From an uncultured Lachnospiraceae bacterium (GTDB taxonomy: Bacteria; Bacillota; Clostridia; Lachnospirales; Lachnospiraceae), in assembly GCA_902781215.1 (NCBI GenBank), contig CACZIO010000001.1, forward strand, positions 57,307-121,306: a stretch of 64,000 bases of DNA. Direction: 5' to 3'. The translations under genes were made by a program, and so were the position numbers. Below the pieces are notes generated by a model. That model had not been told where the DNA came from and searched no databases. It saw only the letters and a list, made by a program, of their open reading frames with translations. Of the stretch, positions 8,631-17,464 are shown in pieces (the stretch's first letter is position 1; each line of letters begins with the position of its first letter).

Positions 8631-9525
8631 CCGGAGGGCCTTCGCCCTGCGGACGGCCCTTGTTCTCCTGGGTCTCTGTGTCCTCCTGATCCTGATGAGG
8701 TGCGGCAGAAAGATGGACAGGGAATATACCGGACAGGATACGACAGAAGAGAGCTACGGGGTCTTTCTGGGCGTAGACGCGACGACCTTTTCCATGGATC
8801 TTTTTGAGGGCTACGACATGGTGGTCGTGGATGCGCAGGAGCTCCGGTCCGACCAGCTGGCCCAGCTCCATGCCACCGGCCACACAGTCTACTCCTATCT
8901 GAATGTCGGATCCATCGAAGAGAGCCGGTCCTATTTTGATGATTACAGCGACTGCTGCCTGGACCGTTATGAGAACTGGCCGGAGGAATTCTGGGTCGAT
9001 GTGACCAGACCGGAGTGGCAGAAGCTGGTCACGGAGGAGCTGACAGACCGCATTCTGGATGCAGATCCGCAGATCGACGGCCTGTTTCTGGACAATCTGG
9101 ACATTTACGCCCATGTCCGGGAGAGCAAAAAGATCCGGACAGCCCCGGCGCAGGTGTTTGAAGCGCTCTGCAGCATTCTGGAGTCCTACCGGAGTCAGGA
9201 CCTGCCGGTCCTGATCAACGGCGCGGATGTGTTTGTGACAGAGCTGCTGGATCAGGGACGGGAGGATCTGATCCTGGGCGTCAATCAGGAGACGGTGTTC
9301 AGTTCGATCCTGGACTATGACCGCGACAGGTTCGGTAAACAGAGCCGGGAGGAACGTGAATACTTCACGGATTATCTGGACCGGTGCAGCCGGGCGGGTC
9401 TGGAAGTATTCCTGCTGGAATACACGACGGATCCGGATGTCGAGGTGGAGATCCTTGAATACTGTGCGGAAGAGGGCTTCCGCTGCTATATCTCCGGCCA
9501 TGTGGGGCTCATCCCCGATGAATAA
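8581..9525 (+). CDS. GH114-like endo-alpha-1,4-polygalactosaminidase (PelA hydrolase-like), N-terminal membrane anchor
   Basis: YSYLNVGSIEE, WPEEFWVDV, GLFLDNLD and NQETVF motifs; first gene of a pel-like cluster. Confidence 0.8.
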   Translation: MKEKKQLTRIIRRIRRNRRAFALRTALVLLGLCVLLILMRCGRKMDREYTGQDTTEESYGVFLGVDATTFSMDLFEGYDMVVVDAQELRSDQLAQLHATGHTVYSYLNVGSIEESRSYFDDYSDCCLDRYENWPEEFWVDVTRPEWQKLVTEELTDRILDADPQIDGLFLDNLDIYAHVRESKKIRTAPAQVFEALCSILESYRSQDLPVLINGADVFVTELLDQGREDLILGVNQETVFSSILDYDRDRFGKQSREEREYFTDYLDRCSRAGLEVFLLEYTTDPDVEVEILEYCAEEGFRCYISGHVGLIPDE

Positions 9526-9548
9526 GACCGGATCACACAGGTGTCTAT

Positions 9549-11393
9549 ATGGATAAGATCCTTATTACAGGGAAAACGGGCTTTTTTTCCGAGGAAGCCC
9601 TTCGATATATTGCGGGAACCTTCTCCGTCCTGCTGACAGGCGCGGACGCGGAGAAAGGGGATAGAGATATTCCCGATGCCGTCCGGACTTTTTCCGCCGG
9701 CCCGCAGGACGAAGATTTTGCCAGGGTATTTGAGCTGGGCCAGATCCGGGCTGTCTGGTACGTGACGGGATGTGCGGACGGGGGACGTGCGGCCGACGAG
9801 GGGGAGAGTCTGGAGACTGTCCTGACACTCTGCGCTAATGCGGGCGTGGAGCGGCTGATCGTCCTTACGGAGAGCACGGATCCGACCGATTACAGAAAAC
9901 TGATCGGAGAATACGGCCATACGATGGGCGATGAGGATGCCTCGGGGATCACTGTCGTCCGGCTGCCCCTGATGACGGGGACCGGGTCCGGAAAAGGACG
10001 TCTGGACCGGATCTTCCGGGCCATGGAACAGCAGAAAACCGTCCGGCTAACGGCGGGAGGCATTCGTCAGATATCGGTCCTGCCCGTGATGGACCTGACC
10101 GCCATGCTGCTCCGCATGACATCGGAGACCGGTTTCAGCTCCGGCATTTACGCAGCGGACGGAACCGGGGGAAGCCCGTCCGGCCTGCGGGATATTCTGC
10201 TCACGGTCTGCCCGGGGGCTGAAGTGGTCCTCGCAGACGAGGAAAAGGCAGCTCCACAGCGCGCCGGTGCCGGCCCGGGCAGGGGAACAGTCCGCTTCCG
10301 GATCCCGGTGACGGGCGATGAGGCCTGTGACGGACAGCTCACAGACTTCTGCAGATATCCGGTCCGTGTCAACTGGCACACTGCGATCGCCGCCCAGTAC
10401 AGCGGCCTGCAGGAGCGCGCCAGGTCCCAGAGCCCCTTCAGGAGGGCCCTGACGGCTCTGTCCAACCGGTTCGGCAGTCTGGTCGTTCCTGCGCTGGACC
10501 TTGTGGTCATGTTTATCCTGGCGGAGGCGCTCAGCAGGATCACCTCCGAATCCGTCTACTTCAAGATCGTTGATGTCCGTCTGCTCTTTGTCGTCCTGAT
10601 GGGCATGATGCACGGCCTGATGATCGGGACCACGGCGGCGCTGCTGGAATGCATCGTGCTGGTCATCCGCTACGCTCAGATCGGAACCTCCGGCCTCCTG
10701 CTGTTCTACAATGTGGAGAACTGGATCCCTTTTGTCTACTATCTGACGGCGGGGATCATCAGCGGCTACACCAATCAGAAGCATGTGCAGGAGCGAAAGT
10801 CTGTTTCCGCGGAGAATGCCCTGATCCGCAGCAAATATCTCTTCCTGAATGAAGCCTACCGCACCAGCGTCAGTGAGCGAGCTGAACTGCGCACCCAGAT
10901 CCTCAGTGAGGAGGAGAGCTATGCCAAGCTCTACGGCGCGGTACAGAGGATGAACCAGCGGACACCGGAGGCCGTCTTTGTGGAGGCAGTCGGGGTCATG
11001 CGGTCCCTGTTGGAGAATGAGACGGTCACCTTCTACCAGCTTGACGGCCGCGGCCGGAAGGCAGATCTGTTGTCATGCTGCCGCGAAAACGCCCTCAGGA
11101 CATCTATCGACACGGCGGTCTGCCCGGAGATGATGCATGTGATCCGGGACGGGAAGATCTGGAAGAATACAAAACTCCAGGAGGATGTGCCCATGTACGC
11201 GTCCATGGTTCGTTATTCGCGGGCGCAGAAGACCGGCGGGAACGGCCGGAAGGAAATGGAACTCATCGTAGCAGTCGAGCAGGCCGGGCAGGATCAGTAC
11301 AGCACCTGGTACATGAACCATTTCTCCATCCTCTGCGGACTGCTGCAGGATGCCCTTGACGCGGCATCCCTGCGGGAAAGGGTACTTTCATGA
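9549..11393 (+). CDS. pelD: PelD-like protein: degenerate NAD-epimerase domain, 4 TM (DUF4118-like) and GAF; no GGDEF
   Basis: KILITGKTGFF Rossmann-like start, TM bundle around aa 310-410, coiled coil, GAF-like C-terminus; position in the cluster. Confidence 0.75.
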   Translation: MDKILITGKTGFFSEEALRYIAGTFSVLLTGADAEKGDRDIPDAVRTFSAGPQDEDFARVFELGQIRAVWYVTGCADGGRAADEGESLETVLTLCANAGVERLIVLTESTDPTDYRKLIGEYGHTMGDEDASGITVVRLPLMTGTGSGKGRLDRIFRAMEQQKTVRLTAGGIRQISVLPVMDLTAMLLRMTSETGFSSGIYAADGTGGSPSGLRDILLTVCPGAEVVLADEEKAAPQRAGAGPGRGTVRFRIPVTGDEACDGQLTDFCRYPVRVNWHTAIAAQYSGLQERARSQSPFRRALTALSNRFGSLVVPALDLVVMFILAEALSRITSESVYFKIVDVRLLFVVLMGMMHGLMIGTTAALLECIVLVIRYAQIGTSGLLLFYNVENWIPFVYYLTAGIISGYTNQKHVQERKSVSAENALIRSKYLFLNEAYRTSVSERAELRTQILSEEESYAKLYGAVQRMNQRTPEAVFVEAVGVMRSLLENETVTFYQLDGRGRKADLLSCCRENALRTSIDTAVCPEMMHVIRDGKIWKNTKLQEDVPMYASMVRYSRAQKTGGNGRKEMELIVAVEQAGQDQYSTWYMNHFSILCGLLQDALDAASLRERVLS

Positions 11394-12379
11394 CGATCCT
11401 ATTGATCATTTTACATATCTGCGCGGCAGCCGCCATCGTGGCGGGATGGATAAGAGGAATCCTGCATATTCCCTCTGCCATACTGTGGCTGGCGGTCTTC
11501 CTGCCCCTGTGGGGGCCGGCCTGCGCCGTCGCGGCGGAGCTCCATTACCGCGGCGGAGAAAAGGCGGATGAGGAGCCCGGGACCGGACGGTTCGGCATCA
11601 CGGATGAGGTCTACCGCAGTATCCGCATGGACGAGGAGGACATTTCCAGTGTCCTGCCGATCGAGGATGTGCTGGCCTTTGGCACGCCCGTGCAGCGAAG
11701 GAGCCTGCTCCTGTCCGTCCTGCACACGGGGGCTGCGCCCTTTGTGAAACCGCTGCGGACTGCCGGCGTCAACGATGACACAGAGGTCGTCCACTATGCG
11801 GTGACCGCCCTGGTCGAGCTGCGCAGCGCCTATAATCAGCGCATCGCGGACATGGAGAAAAAGCTGCAGGCAGCCCCTTCCGATACGGCGACCATCCTGG
11901 CCTTCGCGGACCTGGATGAGGAATATCTGCGGAGCGGGATCCCGGAAAACTCCGAGCGGGACATGCGGATCGCCCACTGCCGTGAAATGCTCGAGAAGGC
12001 CCTCCGGAATCTCGACTGGGAGGAGAAGGCCCGCGGCGGAAAAACAGCCGGGACCAGATCCGGACAGACAGGAAAGGCCGGGACCAATACCGGGGCCGGC
12101 ATGTATTCCAGGCGTGCATCTCTGCTGAAACGGCTGGGCGGGATCTGCCTGGACCAGCAGGACGCCGGAGCCGCGGAAAAGGCGGGACGCGCGCTGGTAA
12201 AAGATGAACCGGACCGGGAGGACGGCTATCTCATGATCCTGGATGCCAGGGTCCTCCGCCGGGATGGAAAAGGCATAGCACAGATCATTAAAACAATCCG
12301 GGACAGGGAAATCTACCTGTCACCTTCCGCCCGGGATCAGGTTGCATTCTGGTCCACTCAGGAGGCGGAAGCTGTTTGA
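11390..12379 (+). CDS. pelE: PelE-like membrane protein with helical-repeat domain
   Basis: Two N-terminal TM helices, FLPLWGP, NDDTEVVHYAVTAL, TPR-like C-terminus; ATGA overlap with pelD. Confidence 0.7.
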   Translation: MTILLIILHICAAAAIVAGWIRGILHIPSAILWLAVFLPLWGPACAVAAELHYRGGEKADEEPGTGRFGITDEVYRSIRMDEEDISSVLPIEDVLAFGTPVQRRSLLLSVLHTGAAPFVKPLRTAGVNDDTEVVHYAVTALVELRSAYNQRIADMEKKLQAAPSDTATILAFADLDEEYLRSGIPENSERDMRIAHCREMLEKALRNLDWEEKARGGKTAGTRSGQTGKAGTNTGAGMYSRRASLLKRLGGICLDQQDAGAAEKAGRALVKDEPDREDGYLMILDARVLRRDGKGIAQIIKTIRDREIYLSPSARDQVAFWSTQEAEAV

Positions 12380-12493
12380 TTCAGGATTTTCCTGCGAGCC
12401 CTGCGCGCCGGACATGGATGCCCGTAAGGGCAGCTTTTTTCACATTATGTCCGCGCGAATGCCCGCGAGTGAAACTCAATATCACAAAAGCCT

Positions 12494-14320
12494 ATGAAAA
12501 GAAATAAAAAATTCCGGTTTGCGCAGCTGCTGGAAATTCTTTTTGTCTATCTGCTCTTATTCGCTGTCGTTTTGTCCGTCGGCAGAAATGTCCTGTACGG
12601 ATCGAGCAGCAGCTCGGTCAGCATCCTCGGGGAGTCCGATTTTTCGGGCGAGGTCACACCGGAAAAGGCCGGGACTCTTGTCGTCTGGGAGGACGACGGA
12701 ACCGGCCGGGAGGGACGCAATGAGATGCGGGCCATCCTGTCCCAGATGAGGATCCCGTGGACGGAGCAGAAGGCAAAGAAATTTACGGCGGCGGATCTGA
12801 AGGGAATAGATACTGTCGTTTTGTCCGTGACAGACCTCAGCAGGCTGGGCAGAAACCTGAATTCACTCCTGAACTGGGTCATGGAGGGGCATTCCCTGCT
12901 CTTTCTGTATCCGCCCTTCAATGAGGGAACCTTCTTGTCGATCGCACCGCAGCTGGGGATCACCGGTGTGGAGAATGCCCTGGCGACGGTCGAGGGACTG
13001 CATTTTGTCAAAGATATCATGCCAGGTTCTGAGCGGGACCTGTCCATCACCGATCCCTATCAGTCCTCGCTGGAGGTGACGCTGGATGACAGCTGTGAGG
13101 TCTTTCTGGAGGCCGCGGGTGTCTCGCAGACACCTCTGATCTGGCGCCGCCCGGTGGGGAAAGGGGTGGTCGTCTTTGACAACATGGGATTTCTGGAGAA
13201 GGCCTACCGGGGCTTCCACTGCGCCGCCTATTCCCTTCTGGAGGACAGCTGTATCTGGCCGGTCATCAACGGCTCAACCTGGTACATCGATGACTTCCCG
13301 TCGCCGGTTCCGGAGGGAGACAGTCAGTTTATTCAGCATGAGTTCGGGATGGACATCCGCGACTTTTACACCCACCACTGGTGGAAGGATGTCTACAACC
13401 TGGCTAAAAAATACAACATCCGCTACACGGGCTTGGTGATCGAAGATTATTCCGCCCAGGTGGACGGTGTTTTCCCGCGCAACAAGGATATCCAGCGCTT
13501 CCAGTATTTCGGCAATATGCTCCTGCGGGAGGGCGGCGAACTGGGCTTCCACGGCTATAACCACATGCCCCTGGTCCCGGAGAATTTCGATTACCTGGGC
13601 ATGTATGATTCCTACCGGCAGTGGGTCAGCGTGGATGCCATGCGGGATTCGCTGACGGAGCTGGACGGTTTCTGCCACGAGCTGTTCCCGGACGAGGAGT
13701 TCCACGTCTATGTGCCGCCTTCGAACATCATCTCGGAGGAGGGCAGAAAGCTCCTGGCCGAGGACTTCCCGGAGATCCGGGCCATAGCCTCTCTCTACCT
13801 CCCCGACGACAACGATGTCTCCTATTCACAGGACTTTACGGTCACGGAGGACGGCATGGTCCAGACCCCCAGGATCATCTCGGGCTATGTGCTGGACGAC
13901 TATATGCGCACGGCGGCCATGAGTGAGCTGTATTTTCACTGTGTGAACACCCATTTCCAGCATCCGGACGACTGTCTGGACACGGACCGCGGCGCGGCCC
14001 TGGGCTGGACGGAGCTGTTCAGGCGGCTGACGGACTACGCCGAGTGGCTGCACAGCGCCCTGCCCCAGATGAGGAATCTGACGGGGAGCGAGCTGACCGG
14101 CGCGGTCCAGCGCTACGACGCGCTGCAGGTCCGCCGGGAAGATACTGCCAGGGGGATCCATCTGTCCCTCGGCGGTTTCTGCGACGAGGCCTGGTTCTAC
14201 CTGCGCATCAACGAAGGCCGGCCGGGAAGGATCTCCGGCGGTTCCATCAGCGATGCGGCGGACGGTCTGTATCTGGTGAAGGCAAACAGCCCGGAGCTGG
14301 AGATCGAGATCACCAGATAA
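12494..14320 (+). CDS. pelA: DUF2194 family polysaccharide deacetylase (Gram-positive PelA-DA-like)
   Basis: N-terminal TM; YIDDFPSP, GFHGYNHMPL, YVPPSN and HFQHPDD carbohydrate-esterase-like motifs. Confidence 0.8.
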   Translation: MKRNKKFRFAQLLEILFVYLLLFAVVLSVGRNVLYGSSSSSVSILGESDFSGEVTPEKAGTLVVWEDDGTGREGRNEMRAILSQMRIPWTEQKAKKFTAADLKGIDTVVLSVTDLSRLGRNLNSLLNWVMEGHSLLFLYPPFNEGTFLSIAPQLGITGVENALATVEGLHFVKDIMPGSERDLSITDPYQSSLEVTLDDSCEVFLEAAGVSQTPLIWRRPVGKGVVVFDNMGFLEKAYRGFHCAAYSLLEDSCIWPVINGSTWYIDDFPSPVPEGDSQFIQHEFGMDIRDFYTHHWWKDVYNLAKKYNIRYTGLVIEDYSAQVDGVFPRNKDIQRFQYFGNMLLREGGELGFHGYNHMPLVPENFDYLGMYDSYRQWVSVDAMRDSLTELDGFCHELFPDEEFHVYVPPSNIISEEGRKLLAEDFPEIRAIASLYLPDDNDVSYSQDFTVTEDGMVQTPRIISGYVLDDYMRTAAMSELYFHCVNTHFQHPDDCLDTDRGAALGWTELFRRLTDYAEWLHSALPQMRNLTGSELTGAVQRYDALQVRREDTARGIHLSLGGFCDEAWFYLRINEGRPGRISGGSISDAADGLYLVKANSPELEIEITR

Positions 14321-14450
14321 ACGGGTTCCGACGGCAGCTGCTGCCCGGTTCCGCCAGGCAGACGGGAGCAGACCGGCGCCGGAGACAGGGATCACCCGAC
14401 AGAGGGGAATCAGCCGGCAGGCAGCGGCCTGCGGGTTCTGGAGGAAAACT

Positions 14451-15869
14451 ATGAGGATATGTGTGATCCTGGAGGGATGCTACCCCTATGTGACTGGCGG
14501 CGTCTCCTCCTGGATGCATCAGTATATACAGGCGATGCCCCAGCATGAATTTGTGGTCTGGGCCATCAATTCGGATCCGTCCCAGAACGGACAGTTCCGC
14601 TATACGCTGCCGGACAACGTGGTGGAGATCCGGGAGATCTCCCTGACCGGCACGGAGGGACCGCGCGCCGCGCGTCCCGCCCGGGGGCTGCGTTTCGATG
14701 AGACGGAGCTGCGTGCCATGCACGACCTGGTGGAATGTGCGAGACCGGACTGGGAGGTCCTGTTCCGGATCTTCCAGGAGAGGGGGATCACGCCGGTCGA
14801 TTTTCTTTCCAGTGAATATTTTGTGGACATTCTCACGGATATCTGCCGGACCAAATATCCCTACACGGCATTCTCGGATTATTTTCACACGGTCAGGTCC
14901 ATGCTGCTGCCACTTCTGCAGGTGCTCTGCGCGGATGTGCCGAAGGCGGATGTCTACCATACGATCGCGACCGGCTATGCCGGGGTGCTGGCCAGACTGG
15001 GCGCCTGGCGCTGTCAGGTTCCTTTTCTGCTGACAGAACACGGGATCTACACCCGCGAGCGCGAGGAGGAGATCATCCGCGCGGACTGGGTCCTGCCGGA
15101 CTTCAAGGACCTGTGGATCCGCTTTTTCTATATGCTGTCGTCGGCGGCCTACGACGGCGCCACCCTGGTGACCAGCCTCTTCGCGAGAGCGGGCCGCACC
15201 CAGATGGAGATCGGGGCGGATCCCGCCAGATGCCGGACAGTGGCGAACGGGATCCACTACGACCGCTTCTGTGACATACCGGTGCGGGACCAGGAAGGCC
15301 CCGTCAACATCGGTGCCATCCTGAGGATCGCCCCCATCAAGGATGTCAAGACCATGCTCTACGCCTTTGCGGAGGTGGAGCAGCATTTTCCTGATACAAA
15401 GCTCTATATTGCCGGACCGGAGGACGATCCCGACTACGCCCGCGAGTGCCGGGAACTCGTGCGGCAGCTGGGCATCCGGAACGCTGTATTTATGGGCACG
15501 ATCAATGTGCTGGACTACATGGGAGACTTTGATTTCACTGTCCTGTCCAGCATCTCGGAGGGCCAGCCGCTCTCGGTCCTGGAGTCTTTCGCGGCCGGCC
15601 GTCCCTGTGTGACGACGGATGTCGGCTGCTGCAAGGAGCTGATCCTGGGCGAGGGGGACGACCCCTTCGGCGAGGCCGGATACTGTGTCCCGCCCATGCA
15701 GCCGCACGCGCTGGCCAGGGCCATGGAGGACCTTTGCCGCAACCGGGCGCGGCGCCTGCAGATGGGCCGCGCGGGCCGGGCACGGGCGGAGAAGTATTTT
15801 CGCCACGAAGACATGATACGGAATTATCTGGATACCTATGAGGAGGTTTTCCGTCTATGGCAGGCATAG
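14451..15869 (+). CDS. pelF: GT4 glycosyltransferase PelF (DUF3492 + GT-B)
   Basis: LEGCYPYVTGGVSSW, LTEHGIYTRER, RIAPIKD, EGQPLSVLE (EX7E). Confidence 0.92.
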   Translation: MRICVILEGCYPYVTGGVSSWMHQYIQAMPQHEFVVWAINSDPSQNGQFRYTLPDNVVEIREISLTGTEGPRAARPARGLRFDETELRAMHDLVECARPDWEVLFRIFQERGITPVDFLSSEYFVDILTDICRTKYPYTAFSDYFHTVRSMLLPLLQVLCADVPKADVYHTIATGYAGVLARLGAWRCQVPFLLTEHGIYTREREEEIIRADWVLPDFKDLWIRFFYMLSSAAYDGATLVTSLFARAGRTQMEIGADPARCRTVANGIHYDRFCDIPVRDQEGPVNIGAILRIAPIKDVKTMLYAFAEVEQHFPDTKLYIAGPEDDPDYARECRELVRQLGIRNAVFMGTINVLDYMGDFDFTVLSSISEGQPLSVLESFAAGRPCVTTDVGCCKELILGEGDDPFGEAGYCVPPMQPHALARAMEDLCRNRARRLQMGRAGRARAEKYFRHEDMIRNYLDTYEEVFRLWQA

Positions 15870-17380
15870 GTTTCAGCCTGAACAGGCTATTTCAGAAAAA
15901 AGGAATGCTGAATCTCTGCCGCGCGTACGCCTATGCGGGCGCGGTGGCGATCGGGCCCATGGTCATGGGCGTCTGCCTCCTCCTGGGGATCTCTTTTGTC
16001 TCCCAGGTCGCCGGCATGCCCCAGGACCAGCGCGAGATCATGAACTGCATGCTGACCTACAGCCTCCTGGTCTCCCTCTTTATCTCCAGTTTTTTCAATA
16101 TGATCCTCACGCGGTATATCTCCGATATGCTCTATGAGGAGAAGCGGGAGCGGGTCATGCCCTCCTTTTACGGAGCGTTGGCGGTCATGCTGCCCCTCTG
16201 CCTGGTGCTGTACGGCACCGTCCTTCTGTTTTCGGGCGTCCCGCTTGTCTACCGGATCATCAGCATGTGGTTCGCGCTCACCATGATCGTGGTCTGGACC
16301 CAGATGAACTATCTGTCCGCTCTCAAGGACTACCGGGCCATCGCCATGGGATTTGCCTCCTCGATGCTGACCGGTTTTCTCCTGGGGCTTTTGCTGGCGG
16401 TATTCCGGGGCGGGTCCGTGACCAGCCTCATGTTCTGTGTGATCCTGTCCTACGGGATCATGAGCATCTGGTATTTCATCCTGATGCTGGGATATTTTCC
16501 CCACGGCGAGGGGAGCCCCTTCAGCTTCCTGCAGTGGTTTGACAAGTGCAGGACCCTGGCCCTGACCGGGGTCTTTGTGAATCTGGGCCTCTACGGCCAC
16601 CTGGTCATCATGTATTTCGGCCCTCTTCATAGAAAAATCATGGGTCTGTTCTACGCGGCGCCCAGCTATGACATTCCGTCCCTGACTGCCTTTTTCTCCA
16701 TTTTGATCACGACCATCGGCTTCGTGACATCGGTGGAGGTCCGCTTTTATCCGGAGTACCGGCGCTATTACAGCCTCTACAACGACGGAGGCTCGATCAG
16801 CGATATCGAGGCGGCGGAGGACCGCATGGTGGAGGTGCTCAGCCGGGAGCTGACCTACTGCGGCTACCGGCAGGCAGTCTGCACCGTCCTCTTCGTCGTT
16901 TTCGGCGGCTTTATCATGGATGTCCTGCCCCTGGGCATGATGGACCTGGGCAAGGGAATCTTCCGGACCCTCTGTGTCGGCTACGGCCTGTACGCGATCG
17001 CCAACGCCATGATGCTCATCCTCCTCTACTTTGAGGACTACACCGGGTCGGTCCTGGCGACGGGGGCCTTTGCCCTGGTGGCCAACACGATCACGATCTG
17101 GCAGGCGGCAAGGGGAGACACAGCCTATTACGGCGTCGGCTTCATGGCGGGCGCGATCGTCTATTTCACGATCGCCATCGTCCGGCTGGAGTGGTCGACC
17201 AGGCGCCTGCCCTACCTGCTGCTGGGCCGGCAGGAGGCCTTTGCCGCGCCGGGCGCCGGCGTCTTCTCAAGGCTTGGGGACAGGCTGACGAGGATGGACC
17301 GCCGCATGCAGAGAAGGGGGCCCGCCGGGGGAGTTTCCCCGGATGGGAAAAAGAGAGCCGTCCGGCCGCACAGACGCTGA
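15857..17380 (+). CDS. pelG: Exopolysaccharide Pel transporter PelG
   Basis: MAGIGFSLNRLF start typical of PelG, about 12 TM helices, TRYISDMLYE and VEVRFYPEYRRYY; overlaps pelF. Confidence 0.92.
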   Translation: MAGIGFSLNRLFQKKGMLNLCRAYAYAGAVAIGPMVMGVCLLLGISFVSQVAGMPQDQREIMNCMLTYSLLVSLFISSFFNMILTRYISDMLYEEKRERVMPSFYGALAVMLPLCLVLYGTVLLFSGVPLVYRIISMWFALTMIVVWTQMNYLSALKDYRAIAMGFASSMLTGFLLGLLLAVFRGGSVTSLMFCVILSYGIMSIWYFILMLGYFPHGEGSPFSFLQWFDKCRTLALTGVFVNLGLYGHLVIMYFGPLHRKIMGLFYAAPSYDIPSLTAFFSILITTIGFVTSVEVRFYPEYRRYYSLYNDGGSISDIEAAEDRMVEVLSRELTYCGYRQAVCTVLFVVFGGFIMDVLPLGMMDLGKGIFRTLCVGYGLYAIANAMMLILLYFEDYTGSVLATGAFALVANTITIWQAARGDTAYYGVGFMAGAIVYFTIAIVRLEWSTRRLPYLLLGRQEAFAAPGAGVFSRLGDRLTRMDRRMQRRGPAGGVSPDGKKRAVRPHRR

Positions 17381-17464
17381 TCTATGCGGGAAGGATACGA
17401 ACCCGGATACCTCGCACACGTACAGAACAAGTACTGCCGCTCCTGCAGGCGGCAAGGTTGGAGT

